Assembly (NCBI GenBank): GCA_043228905.1
Contig: JBHGNT010000003.1
Span: forward strand, 4,340,001 to 4,404,000
DNA: 64,000 nt
From: Azolla caroliniana
Taxonomy: Eukaryota; Plantae; Polypodiophyta
Direction: 5' to 3'
Shown here: positions 13,843-25,337 of the stretch, piece after piece
Position numbering within the stretch: the stretch's first letter is position 1
Layout of the letters: each line of letters begins with the position of its first letter
Position numbers and translations under genes: made by a program
The notes under the pieces: generated by a model
The model's database searches: none
What the model was told of the DNA's origin: nothing
The model's input: only the letters and a program-made list of their open reading frames with translations

Positions 13843-14183
13843 ACATTACAACCTACATGAATTGATGGTTACCACATTATTGATTGTGACTTTTTCCAAG
13901 GGATCTTCTATGCTTAATAACACTTGTTTATAGTTTTTCCCAAGGGATCGTCTCTGTGTAATCTGCGTAATCATACTTGTGATAGTTTAGGGTTCGTTGT
14001 GATTTGGTAAAATCACATTACAACCTACATGAATTGATGGTTACCACATTATTGATTGTGACTTTTTCCAAGGGATCTTCTATGCTAAATAACACTTGTT
14101 TATAGTTTTTCCCAAGGGATCGTCTCTGTGTAATCTGCGTAATCATACTTGTGATAGTTTAGGGTTCGTTGTGATTTGGTAAA
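13843..14183. repeat. Near-perfect two-copy tandem duplication, 172-bp period, in the SelK 3' region
   Basis: ACATTACAACCTACATGAATTGATGG...GATTTGGTAAA occurs at 13843 and 14015. Confidence 0.9.
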
Positions 14184-14997
14184 CGATTGGAATTTCCTCT
14201 TCTGATAGTTTAGTGGGTCAAGATTTGTAGCTATGCTAAAATAGTGTACAATACAGGATTTTGGGAATGGTTTGACGTTGATGTGCTTAGACAGCATACA
14301 CATTCTCTCTTTAGGGTTGTAAAGATGGAGAGATAAAGATGGGATGTAATGTAGGGTTTCATATGAATCCCTCAAAAGAGATGCAAAAGATGGAATGTAA
14401 TTTCAAGCCATATGAGGCAAAAATGGAATGTAATGTTAAACATGGGAAGGTCAGCAGCACATTCATTCAGCTTGTCTTGGACTGCTGGAATTTGGGCAGA
14501 GCAGGAGAAGGTGACATGCATGCATCTTAATATTTGTGATTAGATGTGTTTTTTAATTATTTTGCTCTGTTCACTGTATGGTGAAGTGGAAGTCTTTAAA
14601 TGCCATAATATTTGGGATATTTTCATGGTTGAATTTTGTGATTAGATGGTGTTTCTTTTTAATCATATTATTCTGTCCATGGTATGGTACAATTTAAGTC
14701 TTCAAATGCAATAAACACATGTATGGCCTAATGATTGTTTGATTGATTAATAGTAAAATCCATTGTACTTTCGTGTTGAGCTTCTCCAGCACAGTATGAT
14801 GCGAAATTTTTTAACTTCTTTTGAGTGTTGGGCTTTCCTAGATTTGTGTGAATCCACATGGCTAGAACTTTGTAATTAGCCCCTCTAGCCTAGTGTGAAC
14901 TCATGGTCGAATTCTTCCCAATGTTTAGTGTGCAAGCATATATAATCAGGTCCAAAAGGAATACTAGATTGGGTGGGGGTTCCTCGTTGGCCCCACA

Positions 14998-15130
14998 AAC
15001 TTATTCCAGTCTAAGCTTGTGTTTGTGGAGCGGGAAGAGACGTTCATACTCAGCTACCAAATTTGTTCTACATACAGCTGGTGGTTCCATTTTCCTTTTA
15101 ATAGCTGTGTTAACTACGGGTTTCTATGGA
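14998..15130 (+). pseudogene. ndhD: Plastid-derived ndhD fragment (NUPT)
   Basis: Reads LIPV*/..[38 protein letters not shown], matching the plastid NdhD motif [35 protein letters not shown]. It is truncated and frameshifted. Confidence 0.8.
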
Positions 15131-15298
15131 AAACTTCCTGATAATGAGGTGACAATCAAGTTTCCAACATATAACTCAGACCATAGCCCCAACGTTCCTA
15201 AGGCAGTCGGGCGTCGAGTAGTCCATAGGATCATAAAAGCAGCAATTATGTATGTTGTGAGCTTTGTTTCCCTAGTGTAGGGATGAACCGACGCAATG

Positions 15299-15435
15299 GA
15301 GAAGTAGAGTCTATACTATATAGCATAAAGAGTTGAGAAGAAGGGTCCATACTATGTATAATAGTATAAAGAGTTGAGATTTCCGGAGAAGAAGAGTCTA
15401 TACTACGTATATAGTATAAAGAGTTGAGGTTTCCG
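15299..15435. repeat. Three-copy ~40-50 bp repeat with internal TATACTA/TAGTATA inverted repeat
   Basis: GAAGAGTCTATACTA...ATAGTATAAAGAGTTGAG occurs three times with variation. Confidence 0.7.
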
Positions 15436-15532
15436 ATGCCGAGAGTAGGCTTCGGAAAAGGCGTAGCATGTCCAAAGAGAACACAAGCAAAAGCATGCGT
15501 TGGTGCCCATAAAAGACCAAAATTGGGGTCCC

Positions 15533-15683
15533 ATTGGTCCACGTGTATAACTGACGTGGCATCATCATCCTCATTGGATTGGAGCCCACGCCACAGAAGG
15601 AATAAAACACATATAAAGTGAACAAAAAAAACAGAGGATATACAACCAGACTTAAACTCCAACAACTCTGCGGATTAGGGTTT
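15533..15683 (+). promoter_or_regulatory. Promoter of the DEM/VID27 gene: ERSE-II/G-box, UPRE, TATA, telo-box
   Basis: ATTGGTCCACG 15533-15543 (overlapping CACGTG 15540-15545), TGACGTGGC 15552-15560, TATAAA 15612-15617, TTAGGGTTT 15675-15683. Confidence 0.55.
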
Positions 15684-15894
15684 CCGAATTTCTAGCGGAA
15701 CCAGATTCCATACCCCAGGGTCTTCTGTGGGTTTCTCTTCGGTTCGCACCTGTGATCTGTTCAGTCAAAACGAAGAGGGTTTCTTCTGGATGCGTGAAAT
15801 TTTACGGTTTCTTTCCCAGTTCAGTGATAACTACGGGTTTTTCCTCCCTGGGGCTCTTTGACTTGCTGATCCGGGGATTCCAGAGTTTCATGCT

Positions 15895-16158
15895 TATTCA
15901 GGGAATTTAGGGATAGTGCTGATTCGAGGAACTTAGGGTTTCTTGCTGATTCCTGGATTTTGGGAATTTAAGGGTTCTTGCTGATTTAGGGAATTTCTTG
16001 CTGATTCAGGGAATTTAGGGTCTCTTGCTGATTCAGGGAATTCAGGGTCTCTTGCTTATTTAGGGAATTCAGGGTCTCTTGCTGATTCAGGGAATTTAGG
16101 GTCTCTTGCTGATTCAGGGAATTTAGGGTCTCTTGCTGATTCAGGGAATCAGGGATTC
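15895..16158. repeat. 27-bp telomere-motif minisatellite in the 5' leader of the DEM/VID27 gene
   Basis: CTGATTCAGGGAATTTAGGGTCTCTTG at 16001, 16028, 16055, 16082, 16109 and (partial) 16136, plus about four degenerate copies upstream. Confidence 0.9.
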
Positions 16159-16165
16159 CAAGACA

Positions 16166-18300
16166 ATGGGCGCAGGCCATAGCCGTGAAGGTGTGCTCAA
16201 TGACTCAGAATCCGAATCTGAGGAAATTGAAGAAGAATACCAACAGCCACAAACACCCCCATCATCATCATCAAGTAAAACTACAGATGGTCGTATAAAA
16301 CCTATTGAAGGCCTTCATAGCATTGATGCGAAGCTTGGATCACTTTCCCTTGGGAGAAAGGGAAATAAGAATGTAGGAGGATCAGGACCTCAAGGGCAGA
16401 CAAAAGCGAAATTATTCCGACATTTAGGTGGGAACTCACCACAAGCTCAATGGATTGTGGCTGAAAAGAATACTTCTTGGGGGTTCACAAGAGAGAGATA
16501 TAAAGATGACGAAGGAGAAGAAGAAGATGATGATGATGATGAAGATGAAGAAGATGAAGAAAGATTATTGCATTCATGGGTTCTAGTTGTTGGCGACAAA
16601 ATCAGAGCTCGAGTTGGAGAAAAGCTACAAGCCAAGTTCTTCGGCGAACAACTCCGTGTCGATTTTGTTCATTTTGGTGTTTGGGCACTCAAGTTTCCTT
16701 CTCCTGCCGAGTATAAAACTTTCGAGACCGAGTTTGCGAATTGTGTCTTTGAGAATACCTACATGTTAGAAGCCACAGAAGAAAACAAGTTGAAAGTCTT
16801 TGGCAAAGATTTCATGGGTTGGGCTAGACCAGAAGAAGCTGATGATTCGGTTTGGGAAGATGCTGAAGTGAACTTTGAGAAAACACCTCTTTCAAAGACC
16901 TTTCAGGAAGACTTTATTGAACCGTCCAAAGGAGGTATAATACAAAGCCTCACCATGGGGGCTCTGGAGCATAGTTTCCTTGTCGGAGCAAATGGCATCG
17001 AAGCGGTTAGGAATTTGCCCTCTGGTATCCACGGAAAGGGAGTTTCTTTAGCATTTGATGGGATGAACTCCAATTCATTCCACACTCCCAAGAAAGCTAT
17101 GCTCATCAAGGGAGAAAGCAATCTCATGGTTTTTAGCCCGTCTAGTGGAGGAGGAAACATGAACCACTCTGGTGGAGTAAATCAAGTTGATATAGGGACG
17201 GGTAAAGTTGTTGCCAATTGGAAATTTGAGAAGGATGGGACACCAATAACCATGAGAGATGTAACAAATGAGAGCAAAAGTTCACAATTGGATCCAACAA
17301 GCTCCACTTTCCTTGGTTTAGATGATAATAGGCTATGCCGATGGGACATGAGAGATCGCAATGGTATAGTTCAGGAGCTAGATAGTCCTATATTGAATTG
17401 GGCTGAGGGACATCAATTCTCTCGAGGCACAAATTTTCAATGCTTTGCATCCACTGGTGATGGAGCAGTGGTTGTGGGTTCTAAAGATGGGAAAATTCGC
17501 TTATATGGAACCAGCTCTATGAGAATGGCAAAGACGGCTTTTCCAGGTCTTGGATCTCCCATTACCCACGTTGATGTTACTTATGATGGGAAATGGATAC
17601 TTGGAACCACAGATTCATATATGATCCTTATTAGCACTGTCTTTAAAGATAAGGATGGAAAGACAAAGACTGGTTTTTCTGGTAGGATGGGCAACAATAT
17701 CGCAGCACCTAGGCTTTTGAAGCTCAGTCCTCTTGATGCTTATCTTGCCGGGAAGGACTACAGGTTTCATGGTGGTCAATTTTCATGGGTAAGTGTTTGA
17801 ACCTTTCTTGTTTAGGTTTTAGGGGATGAAAAATTTGAAAATCTACAAAAAATAACACAGGTCGCCTGTTTATGCCAACATAGAAGCCTTCTTTTATGTG
17901 GCTTTTTGTTAAGCAAGGGGCATACTATCTTGTTTTATTACTTTGTTCTGTTTTCCAAAGGCCACAAATGGTATTCGTAATGAAAACTTGATTTCAAACT
18001 AACAAATTCTTTTATATCATGCAGGTTACAGAGAGTGGTCAACAGGAGCGCAATATAGTGGCATCAGTGGGCAATGTTACTGTGGTATGGAACTTCCGCA
18101 GAGTGAAGGAAAGCAATCACGAATGCTATCAAGTCACCCGAGGATTAAAGAGTTGTTATTGTTACCGGATAATCCCAAAAGAAGAATCAATTGTAGATAG
18201 CAAATTCATGCATGAAAGCTATTCTTCAATGTCGCCAAATGCTCCTCTGGTCGTTGCTACACCCAAGAAAGTGAGCTGCTTCAATGTAACTAGAGATTAG
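16166..18300 (+). CDS. DEM / CYPRO4 / VID27-family protein (N-myristoylation-type start, PH-like region, WD40-like C-terminal domain)
   Basis: Exons 16166-17788 and 18025-18300 (GT-AG intron). MGAGHS start, acidic tract, [109 protein letters not shown]. Confidence 0.9.
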
Positions 18301-18585
18301 GTTTGTAAATGTTTGTAACTTCCATTTCATGCTCTAGATGCAGATGTATGTAACCGACTGACAGAATATAAAAATGTTTAGCACTTAACACATTTTGAAG
18401 GGTATGTATGTATGTCCGCCCTTTCAATATATTTACTAATACAGGAAACAATAACCACTTCTAGTTTTATCTTCCCTAGCAATTAGGTTTTACATATAAC
18501 ATTGCTTCTTACTCAGATGTGGACTAAATCAGCTCTTGTAATCTGCAGTTGTGAACATTTTGATATGGATCCAGTTTATTTGTAA

Positions 18586-19003
18586 TTTTTGTATCTATCC
18601 ATTGCCTTGGTTGATGGATTTCATAAACATGATGTTTTTATCTATTCATTGCTTGCTGATCGGTTTCATAGACATGATGTTTGTCTTTGTATATTCGTTT
18701 ATAATCATGTATTCCACAGGGAATTTAGGATGTGGATGCGTGCAAAAAGATGGAAGTCTATGAATTGCCTGAGTTTATCAACATGTGTTATCTGGATTTT
18801 TTGTATCTATCCATTGCCTTGGTAGCTGGATTTCATAAACATGATGTTTTTTCTATTCATTGCTTGTTGATCTGTTTCATAGACATGATGTTTTTGTCTT
18901 TGTATATTTGTTTTATAATCATGTATTACACAGGGAATTTAGGATGTGGGTGTGTGCAACAAGATGGAAGTCTATGAATTGCCTGCGTTTATCACTATGT
19001 GTT
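18586..19003. repeat. Two-copy tandem duplication, ~212-bp period
   Basis: GTATCTATCCATTGCCTTGG...GATGGAAGTCTATGAATTGCCTG occurs at 18591 and 18803. Confidence 0.85.
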
Positions 19004-19387
19004 CTCTCAGTTTGCTAATTCTAATCTCATAATCTTATGAGAATGGATGTGTTAGGCTGCATTCAATTCGTCTCTGTGAAGGGGTTCTTCACAATTTAGG
19101 AAATGAACCTTTTTTTTCCCTCTCTCCTCTTTTTCTACTGTTGCCTTATAAACTAAGCAAAAAAATACACTTATTTTTTGTCTGTAATGAATTCACAATT
19201 ATGAAATGGATTGTTTTCTTTTCCCTTTCTTATGTTTTTCTACACTCCTCTCTCCATAAACTAAGCAAAATATAGACACTTTTTGTCTGGAATGAATTTT
19301 CTTTGTCAATGGACTGGGGACACATTGCTTATAGAGTAAATCAGAATTCCCAATTATTCTTAAGCGAATTCGCCACCAGAAATGGAT

Positions 19388-19392
<5 letters not shown>

Positions 19393-19444
<52 letters not shown>
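19393..19444. repeat. (TA)n(GA)n compound microsatellite
   Basis: Read directly. Confidence 0.9.
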
Positions 19445-21764
19445 TCTGCCCACCTCTCAAATGTGTCCTTGCCTATTAACAAGTTGGTTCAAACGAATAA
19501 AGAAAACTCTTAAGAAAACCAAATGAATTTGAGATATATTTACTCAAAAATAATCCTTCTAAGGAGATCCAATGATGAAGTCACCCTCCAAGATAAAAAG
19601 AACCTTGTTCAAGTGAAAGCATAAACAAGTTACATGTTTTATAGTATAATTAACACTATATATACTTAACTAGTATATAATGATGTGAAGTTGAATGTAA
19701 ACTAAGAAATGAGAAGTTTGTCTGAAAAATAGTCCAGTGTGTTGAATCAACTGGCTTAGTCGAGAATTCTGCCTAGGTGCCACAACGAATGTGTGCCCTA
19801 GTTCTTGCATGTCGATCACAGAGGGCTGCTTACATCAGTAAACAATGTCTCTCTACCCATGGGTTCATAGTATGTGGGCAGCATGTACAGAATGGCTCCA
19901 GCATAAACAAGAATGTGTAACTAAATTCTAATAAAAATAAACAGGATATAAGAGAAAGTATAGTCCTAGAAAACAACAAAGGGTAGTTTTTGTAAGAATG
20001 TACGCCAAAATCATACACTAAATAGTTCTATCCATTTAATCTTATCTCTGAAGTACATGTGAGCTTTTCAAATGCAATGATTCATGACTATTAGCTAGTA
20101 GAAACTAAACTACACCATGAAAACCAATGCCAATGGTTATCAACTTTATCTTAGAGAAATTAAGAAATATGCCCCACACTCCAAGTTACCCCCTCCACAA
20201 ATTTAGTACTTGTGGGTTCTAGAATGTGCTCCATAGCCTTGATCTGTTAAAATTGGAACTTATGAATAAAACCTTGATTCTCCAGGTAAATATGATACAT
20301 CAAGAGCCATTACAATATACAACTCCTGCTCAAAAAAGGTCCTTACTAGCATATCATGCATAGTTCGGTACCATATCATTTGTCTAGCAACAAGCATATT
20401 AAATCTAGGGAAAACAGGCAGCATAATCTATAAATTCTGATTGTGATGATTGGCCCTGTTAGATGATGCAAATCATCAATGTTTATGAGGTTCATAATAG
20501 TTTGGAGTGATTGCCCAAATCGGACATATCAGAATATATATCATCTAACTAGATATAGAGAGGACATGGATAGCCCAGAATTTAACACGGCAGGATGGTT
20601 CAATATCAGTCCCTAAAGTTGTTTATCTAGCTACCTGTTTTCACACATGCATCATTCAATCCTCGTGAACGGGTAGTCACCTCATCCATGCTAGGAACTC
20701 TTGAATCAGTCTCTATATAAATCCATCCTTTGAGAAGATCATAAAATGATCTTTGGAGTAGTCATCTTTGAGGGAGGAGGTTTAGTCCCAAATCTAGGGT
20801 CTTGGAACATCATTTTATTAAAGTCTTCACTTTGGCCTTTTGGTCAACATGAACTGCTTAAAACTGTCCAAGAAGCCCAATGGTTAAATGATCAAAGTAT
20901 AATGCTTGTACACATACGAGAAATATCCCTAGAAAGCTCCAGGGAAGAGCTACTGGGACAACAGGTCATAGACTACATGAAGAGAGTCATTGGAGCCTAT
21001 ATACCCCCAATATTGTTAGCTGACCCAATATGCAAATAAGTTGACATTAAGAGAACAAAAATGAAGTCCATGTACAATCCACCTGAGAACACCCAAATAC
21101 ACTCAGTGAACTTCATCATGGCTCCGCTCTACCACACCAATTAAAATCAAATAGCCATGTCTCCTCATTACAACTCGCCATGGCCCCAGACCCATCCCAT
21201 ATATCACAATCAGTCTCCCTTGGCGTTAAAATGATGCTTATTTATCTGCTTCACACATATCAGATATACACTTTTTGATTACCTGTTGTAAAGCCACCTT
21301 AACCATGAAGATCAATATCATGGATATTTAGGAGACCTACAGCTTATATTTTTCTTTAAAGCATGTGTAACTTGAATTCACCCATATCTGTAATCATGAT
21401 TTGTCTGATAGGACAATTTCTGCCATTAGTAGACCCTAATATCCTGTCTCTCAATATATATATAAATGTATATGTAGATATTCTTTATTTGCCAAATTTT
21501 AGGCCTTTCATTTCCAAATTCACATATTTTAGAACCAAAATATAAAGCAAAGAAAAAGCAAAAACCTGGTTTATGCATATCTCCGTTCCACAGCTTCTGA
21601 TCATCAATTGAAATCGGTTCAAGTACAGAGGAGAGAAAAAGGAAGCGAAAGGGATCTCAGTACACATAATCCAACTCTTACAGATGCGGAGCAGTTTATT
21701 ATCTGCGTGCATGATAAGATTTAATTGAAAATTTGATGGAGTAAATGACATTCTACCTTCATCT

Positions 21765-22225
21765 TCATTTAACATATCCGTTTAACATTTCCATTTAACA
21801 TCTTCACCTCCATCTCCATTTAACATCTCCGTTTAACATTTCCATCTCCATCTCCATCTCCATCTTCATCTCCATCTCCATCTTCATCTCCATCTCCATC
21901 TCCATCTCCATCTTCATCTCCATTTAACATCTTCACCTCCATCTCCATTTAACATCTCCATCTCCATCTTTATCTCCATTTAACATCTCCAGCTTCATCT
22001 TCATCTTCACCTCCATCTCCATTTAACATCTTCATCTTCATCTGCATCTCCATCTCCATCTCCACCTCCACCTCAATCTCAATCTCAATCTCCATTTAAC
22101 ATTTCCATTCTTCATCTCACATCTACATCTTATACCTTGCATCTCCATCTCAATCTCCATCTCCGTTTAGCATTTCCATTCTTCATCTTACATCTACATC
22201 TTACACCTTGCATCTCCATCTTCTT
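21765..22225. repeat. Degenerate (CATCTC)n hexamer array interspersed with CATTTAA units
   Basis: About 450 bp of CATCTC/CATCTT/CACCTC with periodic CATTTAACAT. Confidence 0.85.
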
Positions 22226-22713
22226 ATTCTTCATTCTTCTTCAGGTTGGGTGTCCCCCCACCTGAGGGTTTTGGGCAAAATCTTTTAAACATATTTATTA
22301 AAACCCTCTCAATGGAAGGAGGAGGAGGTTGGCTTCGGTCCAAAATTGCGGGCATCCCACGTTTATTTTAGTCAGCACCCGCTTCTCTTTTCTTTCGAGC
22401 CGGCCATCGAAAAATGTTGGCCGAGAAAATGGATCGGTTCATATTGAGATACTCCGTGGAAAAGCTCACGAAAAAAGGCCTTTAACTCTCAGATGAGTAC
22501 CCTGACTAACCGACATCTAAAGCTCTCGGTATACATACTCGTTGGTCGTATAGGCGTATATATGCATGCGATATTATACCCAAGTTGACATTATCCTACC
22601 CTCTTTTTTTCATAACAAGATAAAATTTGCAAATTGCTCAAGAGTTCTTGTCATTTGCACTTGATTTTGAAGAGTCTTTTTACGATTTTCTCTGAATTGC
22701 ACATTTTTTACTC

Positions 22714-23442
22714 CAACAACTCGATTCTATCATTATATGTTGAAAACCCCTCTTTTATAGATAGATATATAGATATATGCTTTTGTAATCCATAATAGAA
22801 AAGCGTTGAAGATTGATAAGAGGGCAAATAAGTCCTACCTTGTTAGTTAGCATTGCCCACATTTTCAACAACTCGATTATACGTTATATGTTGAAAACCC
22901 GTCTTTTATAGATATATAGTTAGATATAGATATATAGATATATAGATAGATATAGATACATGCTTTTGTAATCCATAACAGAAAAGCGTTGAAGATTGAT
23001 AAGAGGGCAAATAAGTCCTATCTTTGTTAGTTAGCATTTGCCCACATTTTCCATGTTGGTAACAACTTAATAGTGCTACGGGGAAACCTCAATGTTGAGA
23101 TTAAGAAAAATTCTAAAAATAACATGACAACTTTTTGAGTCATGATGGTCTCTATTTCATTTCTCTTTCCCTTTAACCACAAGTTTATATCCACCTTACA
23201 TGATGATTAGCGTGGCTCCACCCTTCATGTACCCTATACATAAAGCATTATAGGTTATAATATTTGTGATTTCTATTGGCATTGAATCCCGTTATACTAA
23301 TGTTTTTCTTCTTCACTTTCCTTTTAACCACAAATTTATACCCACCTTACATGATGACTCTTGTAGCTCCACCTTTCACATTCCCTATATATTAAGCATT
23401 ATAGATAAAAAAACATTTGTGCTTTCTATTGGCATCGAATCC
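22714..23442. repeat. Two adjacent two-copy tandem duplications (about 152-bp and 151-bp periods)
   Basis: CAACAACTCGATT...GCCCACATTTT at 22714 and 22866; TTTCC.TTTAACCACAA...TTCTATTGGCAT.GAATCC at 23166 and 23317. Confidence 0.8.
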
Positions 23443-23478
23443 ATCTCTACTAGTTCTTTTTCTTCTTCTCTAATAGAA

Positions 23479-25168
23479 TGTAGGGGTTAAATGCATGACT
23501 AAGGTTCTCTACCAGACAACCTTACACACCATCCCATTTCTCTAAAACAAAGCACGATAGCTATGAGTATCACACTTTGATACTAGGCTCTACCTGAATC
23601 ACATTCGTCTATGCTTTCTAGTATTCTACACATCTTCGACCAAAATCAATCCTAGCACAAATTTCCCTCACAATCACAATGTGCGCTCTTGATTGCAACT
23701 TAAGGTGCGAGTATTCGTGAGATCCTAGGGGGCAACTTAAGGTGTTTTGCATAAGGCTTTTGCCCAAATCTCTCATTGGGTGCATTTCAATAGTTAACAA
23801 GGTTATGCATAACAAATGCATTGTACAAACAGTACAAAACTATGGTAAACACTAATGTAACAATGAGCATTCATGTTTAGTGTGTTGGCCTTAAGAAGTA
23901 GGCAACATTTATTCTCACAAATGGCATATTCAAATCGTCACTCTAGTTTAGTATGGTGTGCATACATGGAAGGATGTGAGGTTTGTTCCCCAGGATTTAG
24001 TGATGCCTCCATGGGTGTTTACAACATGCCATTCAGTCTTTGCACCTCATGACTATCATGGATGAGGTCTAGCTTGGCTATCTATAGGAAGGTTTGTAAG
24101 GTAGAGTCATACAACCCATGGATGAAGTTATGCATGAGTTTTTCTTCAATCATCTTGTCATTTTTCTCACACCTATTGGATTGGAGCATCTTGGATTGTC
24201 TCTTTCCCTTCTTCTTTTAGGTAGAGGAGTGTGTCAATTGGGGTCCACTTCATCCCTCTTCGTACAAAGTTGGTAAAAATGCTTCTTCTACATAAAGAAA
24301 GTCATTCCAAACTTCATCTAGAAGCATGCAGTGTCACGAAGATACACATGGATGTGAAATATGTATGAGTGGCACCGTAGGGGGCCTAAACCAAAGAGGA
24401 TGGGAATGTATGAGTGCCACCGTAGGAGGAGGAGGTGATCAATGGCAAGCTTGAATCAAGCTTAGCCTTCGATCAAAGGTTGGAGTTGAGGGTAGCATTA
24501 GACTCGTGGCCAGCCTTCACTTAGAGGCTAGACTCGAGGGTAATCTAGAGTCAAAGGCTCCCAGTTCAACAAATCACTAATTTGTCCCCTACTTCATTTG
24601 AGGGTAAATTTTCACCAAATTACAAACTTGTCTCCCCCCTTGGACATTGGCTCTAATTGGCAGGATGGGTTCAACTTCCGTCGTCCAAAAGTTTACTCAT
24701 AACCATGTAACTTCCCGCTCAATGGTTGGAATCGCAATCCAAACTTTTGTCACAACCCTCAAGGCAAAATTTCTGTATGGACATGGCGAGTTTTCAAGTG
24801 TGGTACATAAGGGATTCACTTTCGTCAAATTTGATCTAAATTCGCAAATTTGTGTGCTCCAAGCTCACATTCCTAAGCCGAAATATACATGGCATTATCC
24901 TTGTTTGATAACAAGTAATTAGATAATATATTATTAAAATTAATCTTATAAAAGTATCAAAAGGTCTATAAGTTCGTTTAGATATAAACAAGATAACTCC
25001 ATTCCGTGGAGTCATTTGATTGCAAATAAATTAGAAGATAAAGATATTATATTCTAAACAAGATAACTCTTGGCTCTAGTCCATGGACTAGTTTGTTTGC
25101 AAATAGATTAGAAGAACGTCTGCTTGACCTTGACTCTTCATAGTTCAAACAAGGCTCGAACCCTTACA
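23479..25168 (-). mobile_element. Candidate decayed solo LTR
   Basis: Ends TGTAGGGG...CCCTTACA (7/8 inverted match), a TATA-like CCTATAGATAG on the - strand near 24085, and internal short repeats. No matching TSD. Confidence 0.3.
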
Positions 25169-25337
25169 ATTCCATTTCTAAAGTTAATGCTTACTAATTG
25201 AGTTATGTCTTTTTGTATGTTTAACTTTTCATTTTATATGAGTCTCAGAGTTTGCCTTATCCTTCAACCTTTCATATGTCTTTTGTTTGATGTATTCCCC
25301 TTTGTAAGCTTCCCACATCACCATAGAGGAACTAAAC

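Noticed and set aside
13855-13890. SECIS-like ATGA...TGAT stem in the SelK 3' region (duplicated at ~14027)
   Set aside because: The helix is too short, there is no apical AA, the gene has Cys and no in-frame TGA, and land plants lack Sec machinery.
14903-15280. 125-aa ORF as a functional gene
   Set aside because: Only the central ~35 codons are ndhD-like; this is a chance read-through across a NUPT.
21765-22225. Acidic repeat protein encoded by (GAGATG)n on the - strand
   Set aside because: Frames are interrupted by stops and there is no splice or start context; simple repeat.
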